Source of the DNA: Chlorobiota bacterium
Lineage (GTDB): Bacteria; Bacteroidota; Ignavibacteria; Kapaibacteriales; UBA961
NCBI GenBank assembly: GCA_039810485.1
Contig: JBDHXA010000005.1
Coordinates: 1,192-65,191, forward strand
Direction: 5' to 3'
Length of the DNA stretch: 64,000 nt
The notes beneath the pieces were generated by a model that worked only from the letters and a program-made list of their open reading frames with translations, had not been told where the DNA came from and did not search any database. A program made the translations under genes and the position numbers. Positions 1 to 10,887 of this stretch are shown here, piece by piece. The number at the start of each line of letters is the position of its first letter. Within the stretch, counting starts at the first letter, position 1.

Positions 1-2598
1 TATTGCAGTGAGAGAAGCGTCGAAATTTTTTCGTTCATTAAGCTGTAAAAAACGTGAAGCAAAGTACTTGTACGGACACTCGGCATACGTTTCCAAGTCG
101 GTGATAGAATAGGATTTTGTCGAGTATTGTTTAAGAAGGTCAAAAATATCGGCAGGCAGTTCATTCGACAATTTTTCGTTCGCTTTGCCCTTGTTGTCGA
201 GATAAAAATCACAGTATTGCAATGTATCAATAATATGTTTTGGCAAAGACAAATTCATTGTTTTTGCTTGATTTGCGTATAGTGTCATTTCAACTGAGGA
301 CGTTATTGCAGCGAGCCAAGAGCATTGCTGCTTGTCGTTTGAGCAGTTACCTACAATAGATGCCGCACGAATTTGATTGATGGAAAAAATGCGCCCGTCT
401 TCCTTTAGTGTAGAAATTTTAAGCAAAGCATCAATAAAAGGAGAGCGAACAATTTGCTCGCCTTCGTTTTGCGTGCAATAAGAAAGATAAATATGCCGCT
501 CTGGCATATTGTTGCGTTCAAGAATGCTGGATAAAATTTGATAGAACTGCATTCGTTCGGCGCGAATATATCTGTCTTCTGTTTCTGGAAGATCTTTCCC
601 AAGAAATGAGTCGGGGATGTAAGCGGCGGGGAACTCTCCGTCATTCAAGCCGCAGCAAATAATTATTTGAAAGGGTATTCCGCGTGTCTGCTCCAAAGTT
701 GTTACGGTAATTCCATGCCCAGATTTTTCGCGGACTTGATATTTTGCACCTATAACAGCCGTTCGAAATTTTTCTGTAAAATCTTGAAAACTAATTTTTC
801 TCTCGCCAAATCTCTGCTCTTGAATTCCTGCAATTTCATCAAGAAGATTGAGGACTGCCGAAAGCGCTCTTGCGTCCTTTTCTATTTCGGAAAAGATATG
901 CGACCGCTCTGTCGACGATGTAAAAACACGCTCGGTTGCGTGACGATAAAAACTCTCAATAGATTCCTGAATTTTGAATTTTTCAATGATAGCTCGCTTG
1001 ATTAAAAGAGCAATTTCCGACGGCAGGCCGGCAATGTGCAAGTCAGGCAGATTCTCGCAAATTGCTGCAAAATCTAACGCGGCAGTTTGGGCTGAATGAA
1101 GCTCTCTTTCGGCGCGTAGAATGTCGTGCCGATCGGCAAAAGTGTCGTTTTGAAGCCGTTCGAGGCGAATTTGAGTGCGTTTTATCTCATTTTCAAGAGC
1201 GGTTTTCCAACCTTTTTTGCCTCCGTATCGCACGCCGCCCATCAAACGCAAACGCTCGGCTGTGCCGTAAAGATTAGCACTGTCAATCGGTTCTTGATTT
1301 CCATTGCGGACAAATTGCAAATAAGGGTTGTGAATTGCGCGATGCACATCATGTTTGTAAAAACCGCTTAGAATTACATCCAAGATAGAAAATATGGCTG
1401 CGACTACAGGTGATTTAGAAAGTAAAAAGCGGTCGGTTACGTTTGCCGGAATATTATGGACGTCAAATATTTCACGAATTGCATCTGCATAGAGATCAAT
1501 TTGCCTTGTAGCAACACAAATTTTAGATGGATGAATTTTTTCTTCGATAATTAAATGCCTTACGAGTTTGGAAATAGTTATAATTTCGTCAATGCGGTTG
1601 CCTGCAGCCAAAACAGTTATATAATTCGATAGATCTTTGTTGAAAATTTGCCGTTCTGTGTTGAAAAGCCAGCGCCGCAAATACGCGCCGAGGGGTGAGA
1701 ATATGCGGCTATGCAATGATAATTCATCGTTGAATCGAGGTGTTTCATCAAGTTCTTTGATGAATAATCCATTGACGCCAAAGCTTGCAAGGGTATCGGC
1801 AAGATTGCCGAAGAGCGGTCCGTTTTCGCTTGAATAGTCCAAATGAATGGCAATCGGAATATTTGTTTTGGCTAAAGCAATAATAAATTGCGCTTCCGGT
1901 TGCTTAAACTCAGTAAATCCTTCGAAAAAAATTATTGTACGAGGATTGAGGGCGACGGCTTGCGACAAATCGTTCTGTCGAATCAAGCATTCAGTAGTGC
2001 GTTGAAGTATTGCCGGCTTGTCCAACAAATTGTCGCCTAACAATTTCTCGTATTCAGAATATAATGCTGCCAAATCTTCTAGTTTAGGCGCATCTATTGA
2101 GTCTGCGTCGTTAGTTGAAACGCTTTTTTGATTGTCGCCGGCAGTTTTTATATCCTCAAATAAATGATGAGGGGTTATGCCGTCTTCTTTCAAGCCAAAA
2201 ATTACAGATGACAGGCGTTGCAATGCAATCGGCGAAAGCTGCTCTTTTTTTCGACGGAAAAAATGTAAATCAGCATTTTCGCCTGCCTCTTCAAATAGAG
2301 CCAGCCTATAAGCGTCGGAAATAATGCGAAATTTATCAGAATTAGGCGTTAAGCGAAAAAGTTTCAGCACAAGCTGCTCAAAATTGCAAGCTTGTACAGG
2401 AGCAATCGGAGCAGAAGTTTGGGCAAAAATTTCACGCACTATTCGACGCTGCAAGAGTCGCGCTAAACGGCTTGTTGGAACAACCGGAATGAAAGAATCG
2501 AGCCGGTTCAATCTGACTGTTTCTTCAAAAGCAAGTTCAAGCGTTGCTGCCTTCAAACCGGATTCACGATAAGCGTGATTAATTATAAAATAGGACAT
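1..2598 (-). CDS. AddB/RexB-like PD-(D/E)XK helicase-nuclease subunit, partial (3' end runs off the window start)
   Basis: Manual translation of the - strand from the ATG at 2598-2596 gives an uninterrupted, protein-like frame to position 1 (MSYFIINHAYRESGLKAATLE...ETYAECPYKYFASRFLQLNE...). It is missing from the ORF track presumably because there is no stop codon inside the window. The C-terminal end enters a Cys-containing CPYKYF motif typical of RecB-family nuclease domains with an Fe-S cluster. The start lies 1 nt after the stop of the upstream permease gene. Confidence 0.55.
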   Translation of the reverse strand, partial: MSYFIINHAYRESGLKAATLELAFEETVRLNRLDSFIPVVPTSRLARLLQRRIVREIFAQTSAPIAPVQACNFEQLVLKLFRLTPNSDKFRIISDAYRLALFEEAGENADLHFFRRKKEQLSPIALQRLSSVIFGLKEDGITPHHLFEDIKTAGDNQKSVSTNDADSIDAPKLEDLAALYSEYEKLLGDNLLDKPAILQRTTECLIRQNDLSQAVALNPRTIIFFEGFTEFKQPEAQFIIALAKTNIPIAIHLDYSSENGPLFGNLADTLASFGVNGLFIKELDETPRFNDELSLHSRIFSPLGAYLRRWLFNTERQIFNKDLSNYITVLAAGNRIDEIITISKLVRHLIIEEKIHPSKICVATRQIDLYADAIREIFDVHNIPANVTDRFLLSKSPVVAAIFSILDVILSGFYKHDVHRAIHNPYLQFVRNGNQEPIDSANLYGTAERLRLMGGVRYGGKKGWKTALENEIKRTQIRLERLQNDTFADRHDILRAERELHSAQTAALDFAAICENLPDLHIAGLPSEIALLIKRAIIEKFKIQESIESFYRHATERVFTSSTERSHIFSEIEKDARALSAVLNLLDEIAGIQEQRFGERKISFQDFTEKFRTAVIGAKYQVREKSGHGITVTTLEQTRGIPFQIIICCGLNDGEFPAAYIPDSFLGKDLPETEDRYIRAERMQFYQILSSILERNNMPERHIYLSYCTQNEGEQIVRSPFIDALLKISTLKEDGRIFSINQIRAASIVGNCSNDKQQCSWLAAITSSVEMTLYANQAKTMNLSLPKHIIDTLQYCDFYLDNKGKANEKLSNELPADIFDLLKQYSTKSYSITDLETYAECPYKYFASRFLQLNERKNFDASLTAI

Positions 2599-2599
2599 A

Positions 2600-4174
2600 T
2601 CATTTGTTTTTGCCGAGCGAAGTGCGCAGCCGGCGCTCGAGGCGACGTGAAATATAGACGAAAGGCAGCCCAATCAAAAGGTAAATAATTGCAACCTGAA
2701 TGCCTATGCCGAAATAATCATCGAAATATGTTGTGCGCAAACCAGTATATGTTTGCGTCAGTTCGGTGAGGGTTATCATTGAAACTAATGATGAATCTTT
2801 CATTAATGCAATGAAATCATTGGTTACCGGTGGCATGACAATGCGCGCTGCCTGAGGAAGTATCACATGACGAAGCGTTTGCCAATTTGTCATGCCAAGA
2901 GCGATTGCCGCCTCGCTCTGTCCTTTTGGAATGGCCATTAGTCCTGCGCGGTAATTTTCTGCCTCGGAAGCTGCATAGTTTAGTCCGAGTCCAAGCCATC
3001 CGGCAAGAAATGGATTGAGCGCAATGCCAATGCTTGGCAGACCGTAAAAAATTATGAGCAACTGAATGAGCAGGGGAGTGCCACGAATAATCTCGATATA
3101 TGAAACAGCGATAAACTGTATAGGCGGAGGTCCGTAAATACGTAAAACTGCAAGAATTAGACCTAAAATTATGGCAAGTCCCATTGATGAAATTGACACT
3201 GTCATTGTCATGCCAGCCGCTTTGGAGAATAGCGGCATAAACGACCAATACCGCTGCAATCTCTCCCAAAAAGTAAGTGAGGAATGAAGGGAAGACATAT
3301 ATTCTTTGTATTCGGAAGGCGGTATGGCTGAAGGATTGTGATCGCTTAGATAATCAGCCATTGAAGTATTCCATAAATTCCATCTCTCAAGTATCTTGCG
3401 TAGTTTCCCGGAACGTTGAAGAGCAAATATCGCCTCATTAATTTGCTCTATAAGCTTGACATTGTTCTTTTCAACAGCAATGCCGTAGCGAATTGTATCC
3501 AATGGCTGCTCAAGCATGCGCAGTCCGGTTATTGCAGGCACATAATACATTGCCACCGGCTGATCTATCACAAATCCGTCAATTCTGCCAAGCATCAAAT
3601 CTTTGTATCCGTCAATTTCTTGATCATATTGCTTTATGTTGAGATTGTTAGTTTTATTCAAATAGTCCAACGCTTCTGAGCCGGTTAGCGTTCCGACGTA
3701 TTTGTCTCTGCGGCCCTGAATATCGGCGAGCGAATGTATTGTAGTGTCGGCATTGCGAATGACAAGACAGTAGCTGGAGAAATAGTACGGCGCTGAAAAC
3801 AGCGCACCTTCTTGATGCTCTGGAGTAATGACAACGCCGTCAATGACGACATCGTACATATTGCGGTCCAATCCCGGTATTAGTCCGTCCCAAGTATTCT
3901 GCACGTGCTCGGCTTTTATATGCAATTGCTCGGCAATCGCCTCGATAACATCAACATCAAAACCCTTAATGTGTGAAGGATCTTTACGATCGGCAAAACA
4001 GTATGGAGCTCCGCTGCTTGCGTCTGCCCCGAATCGCAAAACTGAAATGCCAAGCTCCTTGTTTGGAGAAAGAGAGGGAGGATTTTCGGCTAAGGCGCTG
4101 CCGCAATGGATATACCAAATGAAAATGGCAGCGACAACAGACACGATAGCGCGAAGAAAGGAATCAGTATTCAT
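2600..4174 (-). CDS. Fused periplasmic substrate-binding domain / permease of a polar amino-acid ABC transporter (GlnH-GlnP/HisM-like)
   Basis: 524 aa. N-terminal signal peptide followed by a family-3 solute-binding region. The C-terminal half is hydrophobic and carries an ABC permease EAA-like region (AASEAENYRAGLMAIPKGQSEAA). Confidence 0.8.
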   Translation of the reverse strand: MNTDSFLRAIVSVVAAIFIWYIHCGSALAENPPSLSPNKELGISVLRFGADASSGAPYCFADRKDPSHIKGFDVDVIEAIAEQLHIKAEHVQNTWDGLIPGLDRNMYDVVIDGVVITPEHQEGALFSAPYYFSSYCLVIRNADTTIHSLADIQGRRDKYVGTLTGSEALDYLNKTNNLNIKQYDQEIDGYKDLMLGRIDGFVIDQPVAMYYVPAITGLRMLEQPLDTIRYGIAVEKNNVKLIEQINEAIFALQRSGKLRKILERWNLWNTSMADYLSDHNPSAIPPSEYKEYMSSLHSSLTFWERLQRYWSFMPLFSKAAGMTMTVSISSMGLAIILGLILAVLRIYGPPPIQFIAVSYIEIIRGTPLLIQLLIIFYGLPSIGIALNPFLAGWLGLGLNYAASEAENYRAGLMAIPKGQSEAAIALGMTNWQTLRHVILPQAARIVMPPVTNDFIALMKDSSLVSMITLTELTQTYTGLRTTYFDDYFGIGIQVAIIYLLIGLPFVYISRRLERRLRTSLGKNK

Positions 4175-4183
4175 AGGCGAAGA

Positions 4184-4975
4184 TTATTTAATGTTTACTC
4201 GCTTCAGAAAACGGCGTGTTCGTTCATCTTTCGGATTTTCAAAGTGTATATCTTCTTCGATGATTTCGATTATTTCGCCTTTGTCCATAAAAATTATATA
4301 GTCCGATGCTTCGCGAGCAAATTGCATTTCGTGCGTTACGACAATCTGCGTCATATTTTCGTGATCAAGCTCGCGCATGACATCTAGTACTTCGCCTACA
4401 AGTTCGGGGTCGAGAGCTGAAGTTGGCTCGTCATATAGCAATACACTAGGCGACATTGCAAGAGCGCGTGCAATTGCAGCGCGTTGTTTTTGACCACCGG
4501 ATAGAGATTCTGGATAGCGGTCTGCAAATTTTCCAAGCCCTACTTTGTCAAGAAATGCCATTGCTTTAGCGCGAGCTTGCTCTGGGCTAAGACCTTGCAC
4601 CGCAACTGGGGCAAGCATAACATTGGCTATTACGGTCTTATGCGGAAAAAGATTGAAATTCTGAAAGACCATGCCAACTTGCTGTCGCAAACGATGAGCT
4701 TTCGACGAAAATTCGTTGGAGAGCTTTTGATATTTGTCGTTGCGCGACAGATTAATATTGTTGATCGTTATCGAGCCCGAGTCGAGAATTTCAAGACAAT
4801 TCATACAGCGCAGAAAGGTTGATTTGCCGCAGCCAGACGGTCCAATAATAGACACCATGTCGCCGCGATGTATCGTAAGCGAGATATTGCGAAGCACAAC
4901 TGTATCGTCAAAACTCTTGACTAAATTTTCGATAGTGATGATTGCCGAAGAACCATTTTGCTGATGGCGTTTCAT
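4184..4975 (-). CDS. ABC transporter ATP-binding protein, polar amino-acid uptake type (GlnQ-like)
   Basis: 263 aa with Walker A GPSGCGKST, ABC signature LSGGQKQR and Walker B LLYDEPTSALD. Immediately upstream, on the same strand, of the SBP-permease gene. Confidence 0.9.
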   Translation of the reverse strand: MKRHQQNGSSAIITIENLVKSFDDTVVLRNISLTIHRGDMVSIIGPSGCGKSTFLRCMNCLEILDSGSITINNINLSRNDKYQKLSNEFSSKAHRLRQQVGMVFQNFNLFPHKTVIANVMLAPVAVQGLSPEQARAKAMAFLDKVGLGKFADRYPESLSGGQKQRAAIARALAMSPSVLLYDEPTSALDPELVGEVLDVMRELDHENMTQIVVTHEMQFAREASDYIIFMDKGEIIEIIEEDIHFENPKDERTRRFLKRVNIK

Positions 4976-5155
4976 AACAGAGCGCCGATGTTAATAATTC
5001 TGATAGCAAATTATGAATAATTTCCGATTTATTCTGCTTCATTGTTCATATTATCTGTATAGTTGCACAAAGCCGTGAGCGAATAAGCAACAACAAAACG
5101 AAGGCAACGATAAAAATCTGTAATTTTGCAACCGCTATTTCTATGATTTTATCTT

Positions 5156-8100
5156 TTGAATATGAAATTTCGCATAGCATTATATGTTGTCTTCTTTCTT
5201 TCCATGCTTATTTCTCCAAAAGTCAAAGCCAATATACATCCGTCGGCTGACGCGCAGATAGACGCTGCGTGGGATGCATGGAATCAAGGCAAAATACAAC
5301 AATCTGAAAAACAGTTTCGAGAAGCTGCAGCATTAAGCCCAAAATCCTTCCGCGCTTTGGCAAGCTTATATGAATTATTGATATATAGGCAAAAATATAG
5401 TGAAGCTCAATCACTTCTTACTCAAATAACCAATCTTGACGAAGATGCTGTTTATCCTTTCTTATTTGCAGTGTGGAATGGATTGTCGTTGACCAACGAA
5501 GATAATATGCCAAATGCAGATGTGATTAATATCATTAAATCACTTTCAGAAGGAGGAAAAAGCGATAAATTAGGAATATTGCGCTCTCTTGCTCTCGAAA
5601 AGTTCGGCACGTACTCATTGCAAATTGGCGATACAGTGAAATCGTCGTCTTCGTTCAATAATCTTGGCGCAATTGACGCTTGGGCTGTAATTGGCCCGTT
5701 TGAGAATATTTCAGAATCCGGCTATGAACGAGTATTTCCTCCGGAAGGAAAATTCGACTTTGCCGCTGTGTTTCAAGGCAAAAATAATATACCTGTTCGA
5801 TGGTTTGACATTCCTGCAATTCGACGAGATAAATGGATTGACTATGAATATTATTATTCTGTGGGTTCTGATATCTACTATGCCAATTCCTATGTGTACA
5901 GTCCGGTGCAACAGTCGGCATATTTTCGCATTGGCGTTTCCGGATCATTGAAAGTATTTCTTAACGACGCTCTAATAATTCAAGATGAAGATGAAAAAAA
6001 CAATGGTTATGACACATATATTGCGCCTATAACACTTAATGTCGGCTGGAATCGTGTGCTTATCAAAACCGGAAGCGGAGAAGTTTCCCGCAACAATTTT
6101 GCCGTTCGCATTACCGATATTGCCGGATACCCTTTGGAAGGACTTCGCATCGAAACCAAACAACAATCATACAAACCAAGCACATCTAATCAAAGCCCGT
6201 CTCTTATTCCTAATTTTGCTGAAGAATATTTTCGTAAATATCAGCGCAAATATGCAAACGATCCGCTTGCCGTTATGCTGCTTGCAAGCACTTATATACT
6301 TAATGACAAGCATGCTGAGGCAGAAACGATTTTGCTCGAAGGTCTTAAAGCTCGGCCAAATGCTCCATTCTATTTGTCGCTATTAACAGAAGCGTACTCT
6401 CGAGCGAACAAAACAGATGAATTGCAATCAACTCGGGACAAGCTGTACAAAACCGATTCGCTCAATGCAAACGGCATAATTACAAGATTTGTAGAGAAAT
6501 TGCAAAATTCTGAATTTGATGCTGCTGAAACTCTTCTCCGGAATTATGAAGCAATCTATGGTGTAAATCCAACTAATTTTGCCCTACAAATACAATTATA
6601 TGGAAAGAAATCACAAAAAGACAAATCAACTGATGCTATTGAAAAAGCTTACAGTCATTTTCCGCATGTTTGGGAATTTGTATCTGCATTCGCCAATATT
6701 GTGATGGAACGCTCGCATGATCGGGACAGCGTGCTCTCGATTTTAAACCATGCTTTGCTCCAAAATGCAACAGCCGAACATTATTGGGATATTGCAGCCA
6801 TAAATTTGTCTTTTTCGGATGTCAAGAAATGGGATGAATGTGTGCGTAAATCATTAGATGTACAGCCGGTTGCATGCGGATATTATCAGGCGGCCGCAGA
6901 GCAGTATTTAACGATGCAGAAACCCGATAGCGCTTTGCCTTTCATACGACGCGCCTTAGAAATAAATCCGCAAGCGGGAAATTTTCATCTGACTCTTGGT
7001 CATGTTTATCGCGCAAAAAATGACACTTCGGCAGCAATAAAAGAGCTTCAAAAGGCTATTCTCTATAATCCTATAGATTTCGACACACGTGCCGAACTTC
7101 GCTCTTATCAGGGGAAACCCTCCTTGTTTTCTCACTTTAGTTCGGCAAAGACCGACAGCATTATACGCAATGCTCCTATTGCATCAGATTATCCAGACAA
7201 AGAATATGCGATTTTATTCGAAGAACAAAATCGAATTATTTACGAAAATGGCGCTTCAGAATACAAGATGGAAATGATAGCAAAAATGTTTACTTCCGAT
7301 GCGATAGACACATGGAAAGAATATTCTATCACTACATCAAACGCAAGCGACGGCTATTCAATAGAAAAAGCTGTGTCGATAAAATCTGATGGCACAGAGG
7401 TAAATGCCGATGTTTCAGGACAATACATTGTATTTAAGTCGCTAGAAATCGGCGACGTTATTCAAATACGCTGGAGAGTTCGGAGTTATAATGGCGGCAG
7501 ATTTTCTAATAAATTTTGGGATTCCTATATACTCAATGGCAATATACCAATTAAATACATCAGATTTGCCATGCTTGTAGCAGATTCAATGAAATTCGAT
7601 TACCGTGTTCGAAACTCTGGAATTGAGCCGAAAATTATCCGCACTGCCGACGGAACTTTATATGAATGGACTTTGCGAGAAGATGCGCCAATTGAAGATG
7701 AAATCGGCATGCCTTCATGGTATGAAATAGGAAAAGATCTTGAGTTCTCAAGTATTAGGTCTTGGAGCGATATTGTGCAATGGTATCTGGAGCTTACGCG
7801 CTCGCAAGTAAAATCGTCGCGTGAAGTGCGCGAACAAGCTAAGCTGATACGAGATTCTTTAGGGTCATCTGCAAATGAAAATGACATTATCGAAGCGATC
7901 TATACATATATTACCCAAAATATACGCTATAGCAGCATACCGTTTCGCCAATCTGCTTTTATTCCGCAAAAAGCACGCACTGTGCTTACTACAAAAATTG
8001 GCGATTGTAAAGACCTTTCCACGTTGTTTATAGCAATGGCCACAGAATTTGGAATAAAAGCTCATTATGTATTGGTGAACACATTTGACTTGGGTTATAC

Positions 8101-8956
8101 TCGGCAGAATCCATTGCCAACTCCTTGGGCTTTCGATCACTGTATTGTATCTGTTGAAATTTCGGGAAAAATATGGTATGTTGATTTAACGGCGCCTGAT
8201 TTTGCGTTGGGATCTGTTCCAGATGGTTTATTAGGCACTTTTGCATTAGTGATTCGAGATGGAGTTAACCAGCCGACAACCTTGTCAAGGTCGCTTTTTA
8301 TAAAAAACAATATCTATAGAAATACAAAAATTGATTTGGATGAAGATGGAAATGCAAACTTTACAGTAGTTTCGGAACGGAGCGGATGGCTTGCAGCAGG
8401 TATGAGAACTAATTATAGAGAAAAATCTCAAAAAGAGCGTGAGAAAATGTTGAGCGAAACTCTTTCGGAGATTTATCAAAATGTAGAGATGAGCGAACTC
8501 TCTTTTGACAATATTGCTAATACGCAAGAAAACTTGAAGTATTTGGCAAAATATGGAGTATCTGACTTAACAACCGAAGCAGGCAGCTTTTATGTGATGA
8601 AAATGCCTTGGTCAGAAGTGTGGTCGCCAAGTCCTGCTTTTACTCTTGAAAAGCGCATATATCCGTTAGATTACCCGATGGATGCCGACACTATCCAAGA
8701 AACACTTATCATCAAACTGCCAAAAGGTATGAGATTAATGGAAATTCCAAAAACGGTAAAAAAATCATCTCCTTTTGCAGATTATTCAGTGCAGTATTCC
8801 AATGCAAACGGTATATTTAAAGCGGAACGAACATTAGTGCAAAAAAGAGGATACATAAGACCGGAAGAATATCTTCAATTCAAAACTTTGTATAATTCTA
8901 TTGTCAAAGAAGATGGCAGACAAGTATTATTTAAAAATGCAAATGAAGGTAATTGA
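5156..8956 (+). CDS. Large secreted TPR-repeat protein with C-terminal transglutaminase-like cysteine-protease domain
   Basis: 1266 aa with an N-terminal signal peptide and multiple TPR-like helical repeats (residues ~30-650). Transglutaminase-core Cys motif IGDCKDLSTLFIAMATEFGIKAHYVLV lies near residue 950. Divergently arranged from the ABC operon. Confidence 0.7.
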   Translation: MNMKFRIALYVVFFLSMLISPKVKANIHPSADAQIDAAWDAWNQGKIQQSEKQFREAAALSPKSFRALASLYELLIYRQKYSEAQSLLTQITNLDEDAVYPFLFAVWNGLSLTNEDNMPNADVINIIKSLSEGGKSDKLGILRSLALEKFGTYSLQIGDTVKSSSSFNNLGAIDAWAVIGPFENISESGYERVFPPEGKFDFAAVFQGKNNIPVRWFDIPAIRRDKWIDYEYYYSVGSDIYYANSYVYSPVQQSAYFRIGVSGSLKVFLNDALIIQDEDEKNNGYDTYIAPITLNVGWNRVLIKTGSGEVSRNNFAVRITDIAGYPLEGLRIETKQQSYKPSTSNQSPSLIPNFAEEYFRKYQRKYANDPLAVMLLASTYILNDKHAEAETILLEGLKARPNAPFYLSLLTEAYSRANKTDELQSTRDKLYKTDSLNANGIITRFVEKLQNSEFDAAETLLRNYEAIYGVNPTNFALQIQLYGKKSQKDKSTDAIEKAYSHFPHVWEFVSAFANIVMERSHDRDSVLSILNHALLQNATAEHYWDIAAINLSFSDVKKWDECVRKSLDVQPVACGYYQAAAEQYLTMQKPDSALPFIRRALEINPQAGNFHLTLGHVYRAKNDTSAAIKELQKAILYNPIDFDTRAELRSYQGKPSLFSHFSSAKTDSIIRNAPIASDYPDKEYAILFEEQNRIIYENGASEYKMEMIAKMFTSDAIDTWKEYSITTSNASDGYSIEKAVSIKSDGTEVNADVSGQYIVFKSLEIGDVIQIRWRVRSYNGGRFSNKFWDSYILNGNIPIKYIRFAMLVADSMKFDYRVRNSGIEPKIIRTADGTLYEWTLREDAPIEDEIGMPSWYEIGKDLEFSSIRSWSDIVQWYLELTRSQVKSSREVREQAKLIRDSLGSSANENDIIEAIYTYITQNIRYSSIPFRQSAFIPQKARTVLTTKIGDCKDLSTLFIAMATEFGIKAHYVLVNTFDLGYTRQNPLPTPWAFDHCIVSVEISGKIWYVDLTAPDFALGSVPDGLLGTFALVIRDGVNQPTTLSRSLFIKNNIYRNTKIDLDEDGNANFTVVSERSGWLAAGMRTNYREKSQKEREKMLSETLSEIYQNVEMSELSFDNIANTQENLKYLAKYGVSDLTTEAGSFYVMKMPWSEVWSPSPAFTLEKRIYPLDYPMDADTIQETLIIKLPKGMRLMEIPKTVKKSSPFADYSVQYSNANGIFKAERTLVQKRGYIRPEEYLQFKTLYNSIVKEDGRQVLFKNANEGN

Positions 8957-9056
8957 TATATTTGCGCCATGTTATGCCAATATCAAGCAAGACAGCGATT
9001 GTATTTATACAATATAAAAGATTTAACCCAAGACATTAGAAATTAGGAGGAAACGC

Positions 9057-10832
9057 ATGAATTTCAGAAAACGAAGCGCGCATTGCGGAGAAATACGAGT
9101 TGAACATGTAGGAAAAATGGTAGTTCTCAATGGCTGGGCTGATTCGGTGCGCGACCACGGCGGAGTTATTTTTATAAATTTGCGCGATCGCTATGGCATA
9201 ACACAAGCAGTTGTTCTGCCGGATATTCAGCCAGAATTAGCGGTGCGCGCACGAGAGATAAGAGCAGAGTTTGTGCTTTGGGTTTCCGGCGAAATTCGGA
9301 TGCGCGAGAATCCAAATCCAAAAATTCCTACCGGCTTGGTAGAAATTGTTGTTGGCGAACTCGGCGTGATAAATGCTTCGGAAGTGCCTCCCTTTGAAAT
9401 TATGGATGAACAGCTTGCAAGCGAGGAAAACAGATTGCGATATCGTTATTTAGATTTGCGGCGACCCGGACTGCAAAAGAATTTCATTGTTCGCAGCAAG
9501 GTATATCAAATTGTTCGGCATTATTTTCACAATCATAATTTCATCGAAGCAGAAACGCCAATCCTTACAAAATCAACTCCTGAAGGAGCGCGTGATTATC
9601 TTGTGCCAAGCCGAATTCACAAGGGATCGTTTTATGCGCTGCCGCAATCTCCCCAAATTTATAAGCAACTCTTGATGATTGCAGGTTTTGACAGATATAT
9701 GCAAATTGTAAAATGCTTTCGCGATGAGGATTTGCGCTCTGACAGACAGCCAGAATTTACACAAATTGATCTTGAAATGTCTTTTATAACGCAAGATGAC
9801 ATTATCGCAGTTGCTGAAGGTATGATTGGTGAATTATGGAGAGAAATTCTTGGAATTACTATTGAATTGCCATTCCGCCGCATGAGTTTTCACGAGGCAA
9901 TGTCAAAATATGGCTCCGACAAGCCAGATTTGCGATTTGGCATGGAGCTTCATTCAATAACCGATATTGTGCGAAACTCCGAGTTTTCGGTATTTTCATC
10001 GGTTGCTGCTCAGGAAGGAAGTGCTATTATAGGAGTAAACGTAAAGGGCGGCGCTTCTTTATCGCGGAAATCGCTTGACGAGCTGACTGAATTTGCAAAA
10101 AAATATGGCGCAAAAGGTCTTGTGTGGATGAAATACGCCGATGGTACCGTACAGTCGCCAATTGCAAAATTCCTTACAGATCAAGAAATTGAAGCGTTAA
10201 AATCGGAATTCATGGCAGAAGATGGGGATTTAGCGCTCATAGCCGCCGACAGTTGGGAAAGATGCTGCTCTATCATGGGCGCAATTCGCGTGGAAACTGC
10301 GCGCAGAACAGGCATTCTTGAATCAGCACGTTCAACATTTTCTTTCCATTGGGTTACAGAATTTCCGCTTCTCGAGTATGCGGAAGAAGAAAAAAGATAT
10401 GTGGCGCGACATCATCCCTTTACTTCTCCAATGGTTGAAGATATAGATAAGTTAATAACCGATCCATTATCTGCTCGCGCTATTACTCACGATTTAGTTG
10501 TCAATGGTTATGAAGTAGCCGGCGGAAGCGTTAGAATCCACGACAACAGTGTTCAACAAACAATGTTTGATCTTTTAGGCATGAGCAAAGAGGAATCTGA
10601 AACAAAATTTGGCTTTTTGCTTTCAGCACTTCGTTATGGAGCGCCGCCGCATGGCGGCATTGCTTTTGGTTTTGACCGTCTTTGCATGCTTCTTTGCGGC
10701 ACAGAAAATATTCGCGATGTTATTGTTTTTCCAAAAACAACAAGTGCTTTGTCATTGATGGACGGCTGCCCATCTGATGTGTCGGAACACCAGCTAAAAG
10801 AACTTGGCATTAAGCTTGCGACAGCAAAATAA
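9057..10832 (+). CDS. aspS: Aspartyl-tRNA synthetase
   Basis: 591 aa. Class II aaRS motifs FRDEDLRSDRQPEFTQIDLEMSF and GGSVRIH...GAPPHGGIAFGFDRL. Strong AGGAGG ribosome-binding site 9 nt upstream. Confidence 0.95.
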   Translation: MNFRKRSAHCGEIRVEHVGKMVVLNGWADSVRDHGGVIFINLRDRYGITQAVVLPDIQPELAVRAREIRAEFVLWVSGEIRMRENPNPKIPTGLVEIVVGELGVINASEVPPFEIMDEQLASEENRLRYRYLDLRRPGLQKNFIVRSKVYQIVRHYFHNHNFIEAETPILTKSTPEGARDYLVPSRIHKGSFYALPQSPQIYKQLLMIAGFDRYMQIVKCFRDEDLRSDRQPEFTQIDLEMSFITQDDIIAVAEGMIGELWREILGITIELPFRRMSFHEAMSKYGSDKPDLRFGMELHSITDIVRNSEFSVFSSVAAQEGSAIIGVNVKGGASLSRKSLDELTEFAKKYGAKGLVWMKYADGTVQSPIAKFLTDQEIEALKSEFMAEDGDLALIAADSWERCCSIMGAIRVETARRTGILESARSTFSFHWVTEFPLLEYAEEEKRYVARHHPFTSPMVEDIDKLITDPLSARAITHDLVVNGYEVAGGSVRIHDNSVQQTMFDLLGMSKEESETKFGFLLSALRYGAPPHGGIAFGFDRLCMLLCGTENIRDVIVFPKTTSALSLMDGCPSDVSEHQLKELGIKLATAK

Positions 10833-10887
10833 TAATATATGGTCAACAGTGAACTTATTGTTTTATACAGAATATAATTTATAACTG

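Noticed and set aside
1-2598. Apparent absence of any long ORF in the first 2.6 kb of the six-frame track (only short ORFs on both strands)
   Set aside because: Manual reverse-strand translation shows one continuous frame from 2598 to position 1. The track evidently omits ORFs that lack an in-window stop, so the region is coding (AddB-like) and is not a pseudogene or spacer.
2817-3269. Numerous 60-150-aa ORFs nested inside or antisense to large genes (for example 2817-3269, 5223-5948, 14588-15207, 47612-48191, 32447-32869)
   Set aside because: They overlap well-supported long CDSs in other frames, have low-complexity or Cys/His/Arg-rich translations typical of off-frame reading, and lack ribosome-binding sites.
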